The notes beneath the pieces were generated by a model, which saw only the letters and a list, made by a program, of their open reading frames with translations, was not told the DNA's origin and did no database searches. This document shows, in pieces, positions 11,724 through 15,894 of a stretch of 15,894 bases of DNA. The position numbers and the translations under genes are program-made. Each line of letters opens with the position of its first letter. Positions within the stretch are counted from its first letter, which is position 1. The stretch spans positions 1-15,894 of the forward strand of contig NEEC01000449.1 in assembly GCA_002189035.1 (NCBI GenBank). The letters are read 5' to 3'. Origin of the DNA: Utricularia gibba (taxonomy: Eukaryota; Plantae; Magnoliophyta).

Positions 11724-13875
11724 AGGTTCGGTCTGACTCCTTTGCCACATCGGGTCCTACTCGACGAAAATCGTGATGCAGTTATTGAAGTTAGGATTTC
11801 ATGAGCACCCAAAATGGTTTTCTCAACCGCATGCTTTATATTTGATAAGGCGCTCTCGTGGGGCAACGGTATCGAGTAGGAGGTCGAGTCGAGCTCGGGC
11901 CCATAGTCATTTGTAGCTCGGCAAAAAACTTGATGCATTTATTAACGTTGGTTTTAATAGGCTGCCTCAATGGTTTTCTCAAGGAAAAGCTTGTCGTTTT
12001 TGGGCGGGTGATGTCGTTGTGAACTTCGTTCTGACCCAAGGTTCGGTCTGACTCCTTTGCCAATCGGTCCTACTCGACGAAAATCGTGATGCAGTTATTG
12101 AAGTTAGGATTCATGAGCACCCAAAATGGTTTCTTGCTTTATATTGAGGCGCTCTCGTGGGGCAACGGTATCGAGCAGGAGGTCGAGTCGAGCTCGGGAG
12201 TCATTTGTAGCCCGGCAAAAAATTGATGCATTTATTAACGTTGGCTTTATTAGGCTGCCTACATGTTTCTCAAGGAAAAGCTTGTCGTTTCTGGGCGGGT
12301 GATGTCTTTTGGAACTTCGTTCTGACCAAGGTTCGGTCTGACTCCTTTGCCACATCGGTCCTACTCGACGAAAATCGTGATGCAGTTATTGAAGTTAGGA
12401 TTCATGAGCACCCAAAATGGTTTTCTCAACCGCATGCTTTATATTTGATAAGGCACTCTCGTGGGGCAACGGTATCGAGCAGGAGGTCGAGTCGAGCTCG
12501 GGCCCAGAGTCATTTGTAGCCCGGCAAAAAAATTGATGCATTTATTAACGTTGGTTTTATTAGGCTGCCTACATAGTTTCTCAAGGAAAAGCTTGTCGTT
12601 TTGGCGGGTGATGTCGTTGGAACTTCGTTCTGACCAAGGTTCGTCTGACTCCTTTGCCACATCGGGTCCTACTCGACGAAAATCGTGATGCAGTTATTGA
12701 AGTTAGGATGTCATGAGCACCCAAAATGGTTTTCTCAACCGCATGCTTTATATTTGAGGAGGCGCTCTCGTGGGGCAACGGTATCGAGCAGGAGGTCGAG
12801 TCGAGCTCGGGCCCATAGTCATTTGTAGCTCGGCAAAAAATTGATGCATTTATTAACGTTGGGTTTTAATAGGCCTACATGTTTTCTCAAGGAAAAGCTT
12901 GTCGTTTTTGGGCGGGTGATGTCGTTGTGAAACTTCGTTCTGACCAAGGTTCGGTCTGACTCCTTTGCCACATCGGTCCTACTCGACGAAAATCGTGATG
13001 CAGTTATTGAAGTTAGGATTTCATGAGCACCCAAAATGGTTTTCTCAACCGCATGCTTTATATTTGATAAGGCACTCTCGTGGGGCAACGGTATCGAGCA
13101 GGAGGTCGAGTCGAGCTCGGCCCAGAGTCATTTGTAGCCCGGCAAAAAAATTGATGCATTTATTAACGTTGGTTTTAATAGGCTGCCTACATGTTTTCTC
13201 AAGGAAAGCTTGTCGTTTTGGGCGGGTGATGTCGTTTGAACTTCGTTCTGACCATAGGTTCGTCTGACTCCTTTGCCACATCGGGTCCTACTCGACGAAA
13301 ATCGTGATGCAGTTATTGAAGTTAGGATTTCATGAGCACCAAAATGGTTTTTCAACCGCATGCTTTATATTTGAGGAGGCGCTCTCGTGGGGCAACGGTA
13401 TCGAGCAGGAGGTCGAGTCGAGCTCGGGCCCATAGTCATTTGTAGCTCGGCAAAAAACTTGATGCATTTATTAACGTTGGGTTTTAATAGGCTGCCTACA
13501 TGTTTTCTCAAGGAAAAGCTTGTCGTTTTTGGGCGGGTGATGTCGTTTGGAACTTCGTTCTGACCAAGGTTCGGTCTGACTCCTTTGCCACATCGGGTCC
13601 TACTCGACGAAAATCGTGATGCAGTTATTGAAGTTAGGATTCATGAGCACCCAAAATGGTTTTCTCAACCGCATGCTTTATATTTGATAAGGTGCTCTCG
13701 TGGGGCAACGGTATCGAGTAGGAGGTCGAGTCGAGCTCGGGCCATAGTCATTTGTAGCTCGGCAAAAAACTTGATGCATTTATTAACGTTGGTTTTAATA
13801 GGCTGCCTAATGGTTTTCTCAAGGAAAAGCTTGTCGTTTTTGGGCGGTGATGTCGTTGGAACTTCGTTCTGACCA

Positions 13876-14174
13876 AGGTTCGGTCTCCTTTGCCAATCGG
13901 TCCTACTCGACGAAAATCGTGATGCAGTTATTGAAGTTAGGATTTCATGAGCACCCAAAATGGTTTTCTCAACGCATGCTTTATATTGAGGAGGCGCTCT
14001 AGTGGGGCACGGTATCGGGCAAAAGGTCGAGTCGAGCTCGCCCAGAGTCATTTTAGCCCAAAAAAATGATGCATTTATTAACGTTGGGTTTTAATAGGCT
14101 GCCTACATGGTTTCTCAAGGAAAAGCTTGTCGTTTCTGGGCGGGTGATGTCTTTTGGAACTTCGTTCTGACCAT
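13876..14174. repeat. C-type variant monomer M46
   Basis: CTCAACGC, CTCTAGTG, CGGGCAAAAGG, CATTTTAGCC and TCTTTTGG. Confidence 0.85.
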
Positions 14175-15894
14175 AGGTTCGGTCTGACTCCTTTGCCACA
14201 TCGGGTCCTACTCGACGAAAATCGTGATGCAGTTATTGAAGTTAGGATTTCATGAGCACCCAAAATGGTTTTCTCAACCGCATGCTTTATATTTGATAAG
14301 GCGCTCTCGTGGGGCAACGGTATCGAAGGAGGTCGAGTCGAGCTCGGGCCCATAGTCATTTGTAGCTCGGCAAAAAAATTGATGCATTTATTAACGTTGG
14401 TTTTAATAGGCTGCCTCAATGGTTTCTCAAGGAAAAGCTTGTCGTTTTTGGGCGGGTGATGTCGTTGTGAACTTCGTTCTGACCAAGGTTCGGTCTGACT
14501 CCTTTGCCAATCGGTCCTACTCGACGAAAATCGTGATGCAGTTATTGAAGTTAGGATTCATGAGCACCCAAAATGGTTTTCTCAACCGCATGCTTTATAT
14601 TTGATAGGCGCTCTCGTGGGGGTATCGAGCAGGAGGTCGAGTCGAGCTCGGCCAGAGTCATTTGTAGCCCGGCAAAAAATTGATGCATTTATTAACGTTG
14701 GGTTTATTAGGCTGCCTACATGTTTCTCAAGGAAAAGCTTGTCGTTTTTGGGCGGGTGATGTCTTTGGAACTTCGTTCTGACCAAGGTTCGGTCTGACTC
14801 CTTTGCCACATCGGGTCCTACTCGACGAAAATCGTGATGCAGTTATTGAAGTTAGGATTTCATGAGCACCCAAAATGGTTTTCTCAACCGCATGCTTTAT
14901 ATTTGATAAGGCGCTCTCGTGGGGCAACGGTATCGAGCAGGAGGTCGAGTCGAGCTCGGGCCATAGTCATTTGTAGCTCGGCAAAAAAATTGATGCATTA
15001 TTAACGTTGGGTTTAATAGGCCTACATGTTTTCTCAAGGAAAAGCTTGTCGTTTTTGGGCGGGATGTCGTTGTGAACTTCGTTCTGACCCAAGGTTCGGT
15101 CTGACTCCTTTGCCACATCGGGTCCTACTCGACGAAAATCGTGATGCAGTTATTGAAGTTAGGATTTCATGAGCACCCAAAATGGTTTTCAACCGCATGC
15201 TTTATATTTGATAAGGCTCTCGTGGGGCAACGGTATCGAGCAGGAGGTCGAGTCGAGCTCGGGCCCAGAGTCATTTGTAGCTCGGCAAAAAATTGATGCA
15301 TTTATTAACGTTGGGTTTTAATAGGCTGCCTACATGCTCAAGGAAAAGCTTGTCGTTTTTGGCGGGTGATGTCGTTGGAACTTCGTTCTGACCCAAGGTT
15401 CGGTCTGACTCCTTTGCCACATCGGTCCTACTCGACGAAAATCGTGATGCAGTTATTGAAGTTAGGATTTCATGAGCACCCAAAATGGTTTTCTCAACCG
15501 CATGCTTTATATTTGATAAGGCACTCTCGTGGGGCAACGTATCGAGCAGGAGGTCGAGTCGAGCTCGGGCCCAGAGTCATTTGTAGCCGGCAAAAAATTG
15601 ATGCATTTATTAACGTTGGCTTTATTAGGCTGCCTACATGTTTCTCAAGGAAAAGCTTGTCGTTTTGGCGGGTGATGTCGTTTGAACTTCGTTCTGACCA
15701 AGGTTCGGTCTGACTCCTTTGCCACATCGGTCCTACTCGACGAAAATCGTGATGCAGTTATTGAAGTTAGGATGTCATGAGCACCCAAAATGGTTTTCTC
15801 AACCGCATGCTTTATATTTGAGGAAGGCGCTCTCGTGGGGCAACGGTATCGAGCAGGAGGTCGAGTCGAGCTCGGGCCCATAGTCATTTGTAGC

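Larger units (their letters stand above)
4625..14784. repeat. Degenerate 11-monomer higher-order repeat, ~3.4 kb (units start at 4625, 8021 and 11422)
   Basis: GTCGGGCT occurs only at 4786, 8184 and 11581 (M16, M27, M38). CTCGGGAG occurs only at 5408, 8812 and 12193 (M18, M29, M40). Both markers recur exactly 11 monomers apart. Confidence 0.72.
1..15894. repeat. Tandem satellite DNA array, ~308-bp monomer, 51 full copies plus one partial, single orientation
   Basis: The anchor AGGTTCG recurs at 1, 314, 623, 930, 1240, 1547, 1860, 2160, 2471, 2777, 3089, 3394, 3698, 4000 ... 15092, 15396 and 15701. Near-invariant blocks such as CCTACTCGACGAAAATCGTGATGCAGTTATTGAAGTTAGGA and AAGCTTGTCGTTT occur in every full copy. 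There is no intervening unique DNA and no inversion. Confidence 0.99.

Noticed and set aside
91-15887. About 80 short ORFs on both strands with recurring peptides (e.g. HEHPKWFSQPHALYLI, MPHESALSNIKHAVEK)
   Set aside because: The peptides recur only because the DNA repeats. Frames shift from copy to copy through 1-nt indels, monomer lengths are not held to multiples of 3, and I recognise no protein domain.
1-15894. CRISPR array
   Set aside because: The whole ~308-bp unit repeats, there are no unique spacers, and no cas genes are present.
1-15894. Rolling-circle concatemer of a viroid-sized (~310-nt) circle
   Set aside because: Ordered A/B/C haplotypes, an 11-mer period and positional gradients cannot come from copying one small template. 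I see no pospiviroid central conserved region and no rod-like self-complementarity.
1-15894. Transposon, LTR or MITE insertion within the array
   Set aside because: Every interval between anchors is 290-315 bp of monomer sequence, with no inserted foreign DNA, terminal inverted repeats or target-site duplications.

Overview
The whole window is one head-to-tail tandem satellite array with no unique sequence, no credible genes and no CRISPR spacers. Anchoring on AGGTTCG, I count 51 complete monomers (290-315 bp, mean about 308 bp, 46% GC in monomer 1) plus a 194-bp partial copy, numbered M1-M52. The array has several nested levels. (i) Each ~310-bp monomer is an old dimer of two diverged ~155-bp subunits. 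(ii) Monomers fall into A, B and rarer C variant classes, and A/B alternate as a ~616-bp dimer. (iii) Private markers recur every 11 monomers (~3.4 kb), indicating a degenerate higher-order repeat. (iv) Some variants are confined to one end of the array. All listed ORFs are by-products of the repeat. A centromeric or heterochromatic eukaryotic satellite is the most plausible reading, but I do not recognise the family or species. All counts and alignments were done by eye, and much of the homopolymer-length variation may be long-read error.
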